This document shows, piece after piece, positions 7,454-16,600 of a stretch of DNA of 32,000 nt. Within the stretch, counting starts at the first letter, position 1. Every line of letters starts with the position of its first letter. Source of the stretch: Halarsenatibacter silvermanii (GTDB lineage Bacteria; Bacillota; Halanaerobiia; Halanaerobiales; Halarsenatibacteraceae). Where the stretch lies: assembly GCF_900103135.1 (NCBI RefSeq), contig NZ_FNGO01000002.1, positions 20,480 through 52,479 of the forward strand. Direction: 5' to 3'. A program made the translations under genes and the position numbers. The notes below the pieces were generated by a model. That model saw nothing but the letters and a program-made list of their open reading frames with translations. It searched no databases and had not been told where the DNA came from.

Positions 7454-7957
7454 TCACCCCTGGGGCCGGCGGGTGGCGAAGGTGAGCTCGGCTTCGGCGG
7501 CCAGTTCACCTTCCACCCGGGCCTCAGCTGCTACTTTGCCCAGCGAGGAGCGCAGACGCAGCATCTCGACTTCCAGAATGAGAGTATCTCCCGGCACCAC
7601 CTGCCGCCGAAACTTGGCTGAATTGATACCGGCAAAATAGGCTATGCTGTCGCTCTCTTCAGGGGCGCTCTGATAGAGGAGAAAACCTCCGGCCTGAGCC
7701 ATCGATTCCACTATCAAAACCCCGGGCATAACCGGCTGCTGGGGAAAATGGCCCTGAAAGAATTCCTCGTTAATAGTCACATTTTTTCGGGCGCGCACAA
7801 ATTCTTCCGGCTGACATTTTTCTATCCTGTCTATCAGCAAAAAGGGATACCTGTGAGGCAAAAGCCCCTTTATATCTCCAATCTCATGCCGGCCTGTACC
7901 GGAGGAATCTGCTGTTTCATCCTCCTGTGCTCTGTCGTTTTTCTCCTTGTCGCTCAT
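7454..7957 (-). CDS. fabZ: 3-hydroxyacyl-ACP dehydratase FabZ
   Basis: 'LLPHRYPFLLIDRI', 'FFQGHFPQQPVMPGVLIVESMAQAGG' and 'YFAGINSAKFRRQVVPGD' are near-identical to canonical FabZ motifs. It carries an acidic N-terminal extension of about 20 aa. RBS is AAGGAGG. Confidence 0.92.
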   Translation of the reverse strand: MSDKEKNDRAQEDETADSSGTGRHEIGDIKGLLPHRYPFLLIDRIEKCQPEEFVRARKNVTINEEFFQGHFPQQPVMPGVLIVESMAQAGGFLLYQSAPEESDSIAYFAGINSAKFRRQVVPGDTLILEVEMLRLRSSLGKVAAEARVEGELAAEAELTFATRRPQG

Positions 7958-8049
7958 TTAAAATATGCCTCCTTATAATAATTGCTGGAAGATATAAAGC
8001 AAATTGATACTCGAAATTTTTCGAAACTCAGGTTGAGTCCAATTTATAT

Positions 8050-8937
8050 TTATTTTAAACTATCTCTGATGCCGACCAGAACCCGGGCCAGCCTCTGGTT
8101 GGAACTGTGACCGCTTTTTACTGCGGAAAAATGGGCTCTTACCGGACCGGCTAAAAAGAGATCTCCGATAAGATCTAAAAGCTTATGACGGCAGGCTTCA
8201 TCGGGAAAACGCAGTCTGCCCTCCGCCCCCTCCGGACCGAAAATTACAGCATTATCGCGGCTGCCGCCCCGGGCCAGCCCCGCCTTTTTGAGCTCTGCGA
8301 TCTCGCACTTCAGGACATAGGTTCGGGCCGGCGCCAGTTCCTCGAGATAATCATCCCCGGTGAGGTTAAAACTACACCTCTCACGTCCGGGCGGTCTGTC
8401 GCCGTAATCCAGCTGATAGGAAAAACTGACTTCTTTATCCTCCGACGGGAGAGCAGTCAGAGAAACATCGCCATTCTGAAAGCATATTTCCTCTTTGAGC
8501 TGCAAAACCTCCAGAGGCGCATCCAGCTTCCTGCTGCCGCTCTCTGCCATCATCCGGGCCAGAGGTTCCGCGCTGCCGTCACAGGCAGGAATCTCGGGTC
8601 CTGTCATCTCCACGACCAGATTATCCAGAAAGAGGCCGGCGCAGGCCGAAAGCAGATGTTCAACGGTCCGGACCAGCGGTTTATCCTCCCTCCCCAGTAC
8701 AAGAGAGCGCCGACAATCATGAACGTTATCGGCTGCAGCTGAAATTACCGGCCTTCCCTCCAGATCGATCCGGCGAAAGAGCACACCGGTATCAGCCGGC
8801 GCCGGCTTCAGCCGCAGATGACAATCTTTACCGGTGTGCAGACCCCGGCCACTCAATTCAACCGCGGAGGTGATGGTGGTCTGTCTGCGCGGATATATCA
8901 ATTCAGCCTCGACTTTTTTATTTCCGGTGGCGGCCAT
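8050..8937 (-). CDS. lpxC: UDP-3-O-acyl-GlcNAc deacetylase LpxC
   Basis: 'GRGLHTGKDCHLRLKPAPADTGVLFRR', 'RTVEHLLSA', 'DGSAEP', 'CRHKLLDLIGDLFLAG' and 'KSGHSSN' show that the zinc-binding and catalytic residues are all present. Confidence 0.92.
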   Translation of the reverse strand: MAATGNKKVEAELIYPRRQTTITSAVELSGRGLHTGKDCHLRLKPAPADTGVLFRRIDLEGRPVISAAADNVHDCRRSLVLGREDKPLVRTVEHLLSACAGLFLDNLVVEMTGPEIPACDGSAEPLARMMAESGSRKLDAPLEVLQLKEEICFQNGDVSLTALPSEDKEVSFSYQLDYGDRPPGRERCSFNLTGDDYLEELAPARTYVLKCEIAELKKAGLARGGSRDNAVIFGPEGAEGRLRFPDEACRHKLLDLIGDLFLAGPVRAHFSAVKSGHSSNQRLARVLVGIRDSLK

Positions 8938-10015
8938 TTTCTACCCCCATTTGCTCTTTCTTGTATTCAGAGAGAGTGTTTTTCAATTCTTCAACCTCGC
9001 TGCTCAGCTTCTCGACCCTGTTCTTCAATTGAGGCACCCGGCGCAGCTGAGCCTCCAGCTTGAGATATTCCCTGTGGTTCTGGACAGGTATGCCGGAGTA
9101 TATCCCCGGCCCCTGCAGATCTTTGCTCACCTTGGCCTTGCCGGTAAGGGTTATCTCATCTCCTATCTCCAGATGGTCCTCCACTCCCACCTGTCCGGCC
9201 AGAGTGCAGCTCCGTCCGAGGGTGCTGCTGCCTGCAATTCCGCTCTGTCCAGCAATTAGAGTGGCCGGACCTATCTCGACGTTGTGAGATATCTGCACCA
9301 GATTGTCGATCTTGCTGCCTGCTCCTATTCTGGTCTCCTCTTCGGCCGCGCGGTCCACGGCGGTTAGAGCCCCTATCTCCACATCCTCCTCAATAACCAC
9401 CCGGCCCTGCTGGGGCAGCGGATAATGTTTTTTATCTCCGCTGGCATAACCAAAACCATCGCTGCCTATTACAGCTCCGGACTGAATCTCGACCCTATCA
9501 CCTATCATTACCTCCCCCATAACCCGGACTCCCGGATGCAGCAGACAATTCTCGCCCAGCTCCAGCTGTCCGACCAGAATACAGCCGGGCGCAATCCTGC
9601 TGCCGCTGCCGATCTTTACCGGACCCCTTATTACGGCGCCGGGATGAACCGATACCCCTTCACCCGCCTCGACGCGGGAATCCACGCAGGCATCTCCGGC
9701 GATGCCGGGCTGGTGATAACGATCATCGGGCATAAGTTCATAGGCTTTAGCATAGGCCAGACGGGGATTATCGACGAGTATGGCCGGGGGTTTTTCCTCC
9801 AGTTCCCGATAAAGTTCGGGCTGAATCAGAACCAGTCCTGCCTCAGCCTCCCGGGCCATCTCCATATAATCCCGATTCTGCACGTAGGTTAGACAGTCTT
9901 CATCGACCGCAGCCGCACCCTTCAACCTGTTTATCGTCAACCCGGGATCTGTTTTGAGCTCGCCCCCAACTTTTTCAGCAATTCTGGCCGCGGTCAAATC
10001 CTGCTCACTCTTCAT
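8918..10015 (-). CDS. lpxD: UDP-3-O-acylglucosamine N-acyltransferase LpxD
   Basis: The N-terminal uridine-binding domain 'LTAARIAEKVGGEL' is followed by hexapeptide repeats with the catalytic motif 'QISHNVEIG' and a helical C-terminus. ATG 10015 lies 6 nt after GAGGAGGGAG. The ORF-track start at 10075 adds an Arg/Trp-rich non-homologous extension overlapping the upstream gene. Confidence 0.9.
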   Translation of the reverse strand: MKSEQDLTAARIAEKVGGELKTDPGLTINRLKGAAAVDEDCLTYVQNRDYMEMAREAEAGLVLIQPELYRELEEKPPAILVDNPRLAYAKAYELMPDDRYHQPGIAGDACVDSRVEAGEGVSVHPGAVIRGPVKIGSGSRIAPGCILVGQLELGENCLLHPGVRVMGEVMIGDRVEIQSGAVIGSDGFGYASGDKKHYPLPQQGRVVIEEDVEIGALTAVDRAAEEETRIGAGSKIDNLVQISHNVEIGPATLIAGQSGIAGSSTLGRSCTLAGQVGVEDHLEIGDEITLTGKAKVSKDLQGPGIYSGIPVQNHREYLKLEAQLRRVPQLKNRVEKLSSEVEELKNTLSEYKKEQMGVENGRHRK

Positions 10016-10439
10016 ATTCTCCCTCCTCAGCCAGCTTCTCCATCTTTTCGGCCACCTCGGCGGTAATATCATCACTAACTCTGTGGGCTGCTTCAGCGGT
10101 CACCACCGCATCGAACTCGCCCGAATTTTCCATCTCATCTATTGCAGCCTCGATCCTCCTGTCCAGCTGCTTTTGAATCTCCTCATACTCTTTTTGATAG
10201 CGTATGTAAGCTATCCGCTGTTCTTCTGTTTCAGGTTCGCCCCGGTCGAGCTGCTGATAATATTCTTCATACTCACCGCTGCGTTCTTCCAGCTGTCTCT
10301 GCAGCTCTTCGGCGGGCTCAGCAGTCTCTATCAGTTCTTCCAGATCGATCTGAGCCACCCGGTATTCAGGCGGCCTCTCACAGCCCCCCGCTGCCAGCAA
10401 AAGCAGCAGAGCTGTTATCAAAGCGGTCAATTTCATCAT
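10005..10439 (-). CDS. Skp/OmpH-like small periplasmic lipoprotein (putative)
   Basis: Signal peptide with Cys 'LLLLLAAGGC'. The short, acidic, helical body has Skp-like ends, 'VAQIDLEELI...' and '...FDAVVTAEAAHRVSDDITAEVAEKM' (compare the Skp pattern 'IAxVD...' and '...DITxxV'). It lies directly upstream of lpxD, the usual skp position. Confidence 0.45.
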   Translation of the reverse strand: MMKLTALITALLLLLAAGGCERPPEYRVAQIDLEELIETAEPAEELQRQLEERSGEYEEYYQQLDRGEPETEEQRIAYIRYQKEYEEIQKQLDRRIEAAIDEMENSGEFDAVVTAEAAHRVSDDITAEVAEKMEKLAEEGEYEE

Positions 10440-11381
10440 CTATCGCTGCTCCCCTTCCGCCTGCAGTTGAATTCCATAAATATTTTGATAATGCTCCTCC
10501 AGCTGTTCCAGCTGATGGGTAAAGTATTCTTCCAGCCGGTTTATTTCCGCCTCCAGTTCCGCCGCCAGCTCACCGGAAACTTTCTCCAGCCTTTCGACCT
10601 TATCCCGACGGCGATTTTCAATATCCGTCTCCGCCCTGGCCAGGGTAAACCGGCGAAAACTGTTGAATTCCTGAATCTTGCGCCCGCTGCGTCTGAGCTG
10701 TTCCTGCTGCATTCGGCTCTCCAGCTGAGCTTCAACCTGCTCGACCTGAGAGGAAATATCAGTTTCGATCTCCTCCAGACGGCTCTCAAGCTCTTCACGC
10801 CTCTCCTCAGAAAGATCCATGGCTCTGAGCTTAACGTTCAGGCTCAAAAGCTCCGTTCTGTATTCCTCTCTGGCCTCCTGGCGAACCTCATCCAGCATAC
10901 CGATCTCTCTGTCGCGTATCTCCCGCTGGAGTTCCTCTATCTCCTGTTCCATCTCCCTTTCTCTTGCGGCTATTTCGGCCTCGGCTTCCGCCAGACGCTC
11001 CTGACTGTAATTTTCAAATTCCCGCTCGAGTCGATGCTCGAGACCGGCCAGCCTTCTCTCCTGGCCTCTTTCCATCACATCCTGGCGGTCAGCTCCAAAC
11101 TTTTCAAAATTTGCCGCCGTCCCCTGCAGCCGAGCGCCGCTCTGGCTGCGATAAGCTTCCAGCATATCTCTATAATGAATTTCCGGAGTTTCTTCGGCCA
11201 GCCGGCGGGCCAGCTCACCGGTATCCCCATGCGCTCCTTCCGGAGAAATCCGGCGTTCCGGACGTTCGATCTCGACAGCTGTGCTCTGCAGATAAACCGC
11301 TCCCAGCATAACTCCCCCGGCTATAACCGCCAGCACCAGGGAAAAAAGAGCATATTTGACCACTTTAGTAAAAATCTCCAC
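10440..11381 (-). CDS. Membrane-anchored coiled-coil protein, function unknown
   Basis: A single N-terminal TM helix 'YALFSLVLAVIAGGVMLGAVYL' is followed by about 280 aa of E/R/L/Q-rich predicted helix. The GTG start lies 7 nt after GGAGGAG. The gene is tightly packed between two Skp-like genes. I recognise no family motif. Confidence 0.6.
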   Translation of the reverse strand: MEIFTKVVKYALFSLVLAVIAGGVMLGAVYLQSTAVEIERPERRISPEGAHGDTGELARRLAEETPEIHYRDMLEAYRSQSGARLQGTAANFEKFGADRQDVMERGQERRLAGLEHRLEREFENYSQERLAEAEAEIAAREREMEQEIEELQREIRDREIGMLDEVRQEAREEYRTELLSLNVKLRAMDLSEERREELESRLEEIETDISSQVEQVEAQLESRMQQEQLRRSGRKIQEFNSFRRFTLARAETDIENRRRDKVERLEKVSGELAAELEAEINRLEEYFTHQLEQLEEHYQNIYGIQLQAEGEQR

Positions 11382-11410
11382 CGGACTTCTCCTCCTCGAT
11401 CTGCAGGTTA

Positions 11411-11935
11411 TCAGTCAACCTCTTCTTCCTCATCCTCCTCGACTTCAGTTTCATCGCCCTCATCACTCTCATATAATTCTTCGATCTCATCCATCACTGC
11501 GGGGGTGAGATCATAGCCGCCGTAGAGCACATTTTCTCCTTCCAGCACGACCTCGAGCCCTTTTTCCTGGGCCAGATCGGTAATTATATCTTCTATATCG
11601 GCGAGCACCCCGGAAATAAGTTCCTCCTCGCGCTGACTCAGCTTCTGCTGATATTCGCGCAGCAGCTCTTCCTGATCGCCCTGCTCGAGCTCCTGAGCTT
11701 CAGCCTCGAGCTCGGCCTGCAGTTCTTCAGCCTCAACATTCAGCTGTTCCTCAGCTTCCTGACGTTCCGGATGCTCTTCAAAAACAACCTCGACATCGAC
11801 AAAAGCTATTCTGCCGGTCAGATCCGGATTTTCATCGCCGGCTTCGAGCGCTGCCTCCGAAAATAACAGTCCTGCTCCAAGACCTACTATAAGTACTGCC
11901 GCTGTCAAATATAAAATGTATCTGCGCTGGCTCAA
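11411..11935 (-). CDS. skp: Periplasmic chaperone Skp/OmpH family
   Basis: After a signal/anchor sequence come 'GRIAFVDVEVVFEEHPERQEAEEQLNVEAEELQAELEAEAQEL...QKLSQREEELISGVLADIEDIITDLAQEKGLEVVLEGENVLYGGYDLTPAVMDEI'. This is the classic OmpH layout, ending in a poly-acidic tail. The TTG start lies 7 nt after AAGGAGG. It is immediately downstream of bamA. Confidence 0.75.
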   Translation of the reverse strand: MSQRRYILYLTAAVLIVGLGAGLLFSEAALEAGDENPDLTGRIAFVDVEVVFEEHPERQEAEEQLNVEAEELQAELEAEAQELEQGDQEELLREYQQKLSQREEELISGVLADIEDIITDLAQEKGLEVVLEGENVLYGGYDLTPAVMDEIEELYESDEGDETEVEEDEEEEVD

Positions 11936-12014
11936 CTGTCATCCTCCTTTTAAATATGTTCAATATTTTTATCGCTTTTTTCCGCCGCCCGGCATATTGA
12001 GCTGCTGTTCAATC

Positions 12015-13622
12015 TTAAAAGGCCTGACCAAAACCTATATGAGGTGTGCCGGACCAGTCGTCATCGAAACCATAATCCAGACGTATATGGCCAATCGGCG
12101 TCGCCAGTCTCACTCCCAGACCGGTGCCGCGCTGCAGATCAAAAAAGTGAGGGGTCGATTCATCGTCATCCCAGACGTCGCCGTAATCATAAAAGGCAGC
12201 TCCCTGCACGGTGTCGGTTATGCCGAAACGATATTCGGCATTAAAAAGCGCCATATTATCGCCGCGTTTGCGCGAATATCCTCTCAGAGTGTCCGGACCG
12301 CCGATGATGAACTCCTCGTGCAGAGGCACATCGGTATTGCTGATGCCGACCTCTCCGCGAAGTGCTATCGAATGGTCATCGGCAAACCCCTCGTGATAGG
12401 TGCGATTATCAGCCCGGGCTTTGAAATAATCATCGTCGCCGCCCAGCACATAGCCAGCGGTCTCGATGGAAAACCTGTTCATGGTGCCCGAGTCGGGATC
12501 GATGGGATGATTGCGGGTATCTCGCTGTACATAATTGGTCACGCTGCGGGTAGAAACCCTCTCATCTATGTCGCGGCTGTACATCAAGCCCAGTCCGCCG
12601 CGCCAGGTATCGGTCAGAGGATGTTCGAAATAAGTCTCCACGCCGCGCACCTGGGTATCTATGCGCTCCTCATCGTAAATCTCGATGCCAAAGCCCAGCT
12701 CAGTTCCGTAAAGGCGGGGTTCTTCGAAGTGAAGATTGTATCGCGTTTCGTCGCCAAAGCGCCATTCAAAACCTAAATTCTGACCGCGGCCGCGCAGGTT
12801 GGTCTCCTCGGCATCAACAAAACCGAACCAGCCGTCCTCGGAGTGATAGCCCGCTCCAAAATTTAATCTGCCGGTGTCGGCTTCTTCCATCTCCAGGGCC
12901 AGATCCGCTTTGTTGGCCTGTTCATCGATCATACGCAGATCGGGATAAAGCTCCTCGAAGTATTCCAGCCGGAAAAGTCGCTGGGTGGCCTGTTCGATCT
13001 GTCTTTGATTGATAGGCTCTCCCTGCTCGAGATTTTCCAGCTCGCGCATGATAACATAATCGCGGGTTTTTTCGTTGCCCTCGAGAACGATCTCGTTCAG
13101 ATAGCCGGGATTGCCCCTGACGATAAAACGACCGTCCGGAGTAAAATCGACCTCCTCCACCCGGGCCAGAACATAACCGTCATCCTGAAAGCGGAAGGCC
13201 AGATCCTGCAGCCCCTGATTGAGCCTTTCGACGTTTAAGACTTCATCCTTTTCCACATTTAGCACCGAAAGAATTTCTTCCTGGCTGTATATTTCTTCCA
13301 GACCGGATATATCGACCTCCGTGATTACTGGAAACTCATGTACCCGAAAGAAAGCCACAAGGCCTTCAGCCCCGGTCGAAAAACTGATGTTAACGTCCTC
13401 GAAATAACCCAGCTCATAAACTCTTTCCATATCCTCACGCAGTTTTTCGCGGTCGTATTCATCGCCGGGTTCGGTGGTTATTTCGGCCCGTATTGTTTCC
13501 TCAGAAATATTTTCATTTCCCTCTATGACGATTTCAGCAACTCTCTCCTGGCCCTGAACAGCAGCGGTGAAAGAGAGTATTAAGACGATAGTCACCACTG
13601 CCGCCGTCAGCTTATTTCTCAT
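12015..13622 (-). CDS. bamA: Outer membrane protein assembly factor BamA (Omp85 family), short form with about 3 POTRA domains
   Basis: Signal peptide 'MRNKLTAAVVTIVLILSFTAAVQG'. POTRA-like repeats include 'IVIEGNENISEETI' and 'IVLEGNEKTRDYVIMRE'. The Omp85 barrel shows 'NFGAGYHSEDGWFGFVDAEETNLRGRGQNLG', '...IGGPDTLRGY' and '...TGLGVRLATPIGHIRLDYGF', ending in Phe. ATG 13622 lies 6 nt after AGGAGG; the ORF-track start at 13655 is less likely. Confidence 0.9.
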   Translation of the reverse strand: MRNKLTAAVVTIVLILSFTAAVQGQERVAEIVIEGNENISEETIRAEITTEPGDEYDREKLREDMERVYELGYFEDVNISFSTGAEGLVAFFRVHEFPVITEVDISGLEEIYSQEEILSVLNVEKDEVLNVERLNQGLQDLAFRFQDDGYVLARVEEVDFTPDGRFIVRGNPGYLNEIVLEGNEKTRDYVIMRELENLEQGEPINQRQIEQATQRLFRLEYFEELYPDLRMIDEQANKADLALEMEEADTGRLNFGAGYHSEDGWFGFVDAEETNLRGRGQNLGFEWRFGDETRYNLHFEEPRLYGTELGFGIEIYDEERIDTQVRGVETYFEHPLTDTWRGGLGLMYSRDIDERVSTRSVTNYVQRDTRNHPIDPDSGTMNRFSIETAGYVLGGDDDYFKARADNRTYHEGFADDHSIALRGEVGISNTDVPLHEEFIIGGPDTLRGYSRKRGDNMALFNAEYRFGITDTVQGAAFYDYGDVWDDDESTPHFFDLQRGTGLGVRLATPIGHIRLDYGFDDDWSGTPHIGFGQAF

Positions 13623-13676
13623 CTTTATCCTCCTCAAAAAATGAACAGTTATCATCGCTTCATCAACAAAACCAGT

Positions 13677-16600
13677 TTAAAAGTCAAAGCCCATCTCCAG
13701 TCCGATAGAAGCACCATCCCAGCCATCAAGACTCATATCGAGCAATCTGGTGCTGAGTGATATCCGGTCGGTCAGCGCATAATCCAGCTTGAGTTCTGTC
13801 TCGCGCTCGTCGGTATTAAATTCAGTCTCGGTCTCTATATAAAGCCTGTCGCTGACATTATGACCGACAAACAGGGTGACCTCTTCGTCCCATCCCAGCT
13901 CATAGGTCCTCACCTCTAAGGTGTCAAGGTCCAGTCTCTCGCGGATGCTGCGCTGCCAATCGAGCAGGCTGGTATGCAGAGTTTCGCTAATCCAGCGGAA
14001 AGCCTCCCGCTGGATCAGACCGCCAAGCGAGCGTTCATCCTCTTCCAGCAGACCACCGACCCCGCCGCGGCGGGCCAAAAGGGTTAAGATCTCCTCTTCT
14101 GTCATCTCAGGAACCGAACTGAAGGTGGTGCTGATATTATCAGGGGTTCCATCGATAGTAACTGTTATATTGTTATCCTCAATGCGCGTTTCTGCCCGGG
14201 CCCTGACTCTGGGCACTACTCCGCGGGCCGAAGAAAATTCGGCCCCGGCGTCCTGGATTGTAAAACGATTATTATAAACAAAGGCCCAGCCGTCGCCGGC
14301 ATCTATGCTGCCATCGAGCGCGAATTGCTCGCGGTAGGTCAGAAGTAAGCTCCCCTCCTGAATCCTGAGTTCGGCATTTTCGTGCCGGGCATAATTGTTC
14401 TCGCCCGTTTCTATGGTGATCTCGAGCTCTGGCTGAAATCTGCCCGGATCGGCCTCACCTGCATCAGCGGCCACCTCCAGCTCCTCTTCGGGCAGCACAG
14501 CCTCCATATTATCAAATCTCAACTCGCCGGTTATCAGCGGTTCAGGACGGCTGCCGGCGATATTTACATCGCCGCTAAAATCAGCAGTGCTCTCCTGGTA
14601 GGCCAGCGGAATCTCATCGAGCTGAAAGCTGAGATTCCAGAAATCTTCAGCGCTAAAAAGATTTAGACGGCCGCTTCCATCTATCTCCCCTCCATCCATC
14701 TCGGCCGATAGATCCATCAATTCCACGGAAGAACCGGAAAAATCCAGCCCAAACCGACCGCTGATCGGGCGCTGATCAGGCAGAGAAAGCTCATCCAGGT
14801 CGATCTCAAGTGAGCCATCGAGCTCGGGCTCCTCTAAATCTCCCCGGCCGGAAATCCGGCCTCGAAATTCTCCTTTGAGAGCATTAAGACCGGGCAGAAA
14901 CTCGTCAGTGACGGCAAATGGAAAGTCCTCTGCTTCCAGATCAAAACGCGCCTCCTCAATTTCCTCGGCCAGAGGGACCAGCGCCTCCAGTTCGAGCCTG
15001 TCGCCGGCGGAGGTGATGAATTCCTGATCAAGCTCCAGGATCAGATCTTCATCCAGCCGGGCCAGCCCCTTAACCTCATTGATACGATAATCATTGATAG
15101 CAAACCCGGCAATTTCGGTGCTCAGTTCGGCTTCAAAAGCTTCCAGCGGACCTTCCAAACTTCCCGCCAGCTCGACCTCGCCTTCCAGCTGGTCGTACCC
15201 TTCCGGCATAAATTCCGCTAGCCTTTCCAGCCTGATATCGCTGCTGGTCAGTTCCAGATCAAAACTATCGGTGATGGTACCCGTGAGATTGATCCGGCCC
15301 CAGGTTTCATCCTCAGCCGCCAGCTGAAGGTCGACATCAGTATTCGGCCGGGTATAGATACCCTCGATCGAGGCCTGCCCGGAGACGTAATAGGGAAGCT
15401 CCATCTCAAGATCGTAACCCATTTCGGCCAGGTAATGATCCAGGCGCAGATCTTCAGCGCTCATATCGATATCGAGGTCGGGCTCGTCCAGGAGGTTATC
15501 GACCCGACCGGACAGCCGGATCCTGCCAGAACCGGGCAGCCAATCTCCTCTCTCAACGAAAAGCGCATCGTCCTGATATTGCGCTTTACCGCTCAACTCA
15601 CCCAGTTCATGATTCTGCCAGATGAGTTCGGCGAGTTCAAAATCGATATCGTAAGCCGGATCAGTATAACTGCCGGAAGCTTTACCCCGGGCATGACCGA
15701 TACCGGATAAATCCTGTTCGAATTCGGGAAGATGCCGGGAAAGATTGGCCAGCTGGTAATCGGAAACACTATAACTCGCGTTAAAAACTTCCTCCTCAAA
15801 AGAACCGGCCAGAGTGAACTCGGCTGAATCTCTCTCCATAGTAAGCTCTTTTATTTGATACGGTTCGCCTGTGCGCCAGTACATATCAGCACTGGCATCG
15901 AGAAATTCTATCTCTATATCGGGGGCAAAATCGGGAGAGAAGACGGTGCTCTCTGAGCGGGCTTTCGGTATGACCTCCAGATCATCGACAGGCCCGACTA
16001 TATCGACCGTGCCGCTGGCCCAGCCTTCCAGCGGCAGCGCTATCTCGAAGAGATCATTAATATATTCATAGCTCATATTGTCGACATCCAGGCTCAGATC
16101 GAGATCCGGAACCCCGGCACTGAAATCTATCGCACCTCCCCCGAAGACCTCAGCTTCGCGGCTATCATATACAGCGTTCTCGATTTTCAAAACCCTGCTC
16201 TCCCCATCAAAATAAAGTTCGCCGCCGCCCTGGCGGACATCGGCACCGTAAATTTCAGCTGCGGGCACGTCCAGCACAGCCTCAACTTCCGGAGCAGAAA
16301 TATTTCCCTTAACGCTGCCGGCCAGATCTGCCCTGCCGGTCAATTCCGGTCTATCGATTTCATGGCCCAATTCTTCGGCAGTCATTTTTATCCGGGAGGC
16401 CAGTTCGTCCAGATCTATCTCATCAGTATCAAAGCTGATGTCAAGCATTTCATCGGCCAGATCAAAGCTGCCGGCCGCCTTTACAGCACCCACTTCCCCT
16501 TCGAAACTGAAACTACCTATCTCCAGCAGGCCATCACCGTACCAGATTTCGGTGGAAAGATCGATCGCAGTCAGACCGGCAGCTGATAGCTCGCGCAGAT

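Noticed and set aside
9954-11516. 520-aa plus-strand ORF, the longest plus-strand ORF in the window
   Set aside because: It is antisense to lpxD, the Skp-like genes and the coiled-coil gene. Its product is low-complexity (L/S/F/Q-rich). That is expected from reading GAA/GAG/CTG-rich acidic coiled-coil codons backwards, since their complements contain no stops. It has no RBS, and the minus-strand genes have clear homology.
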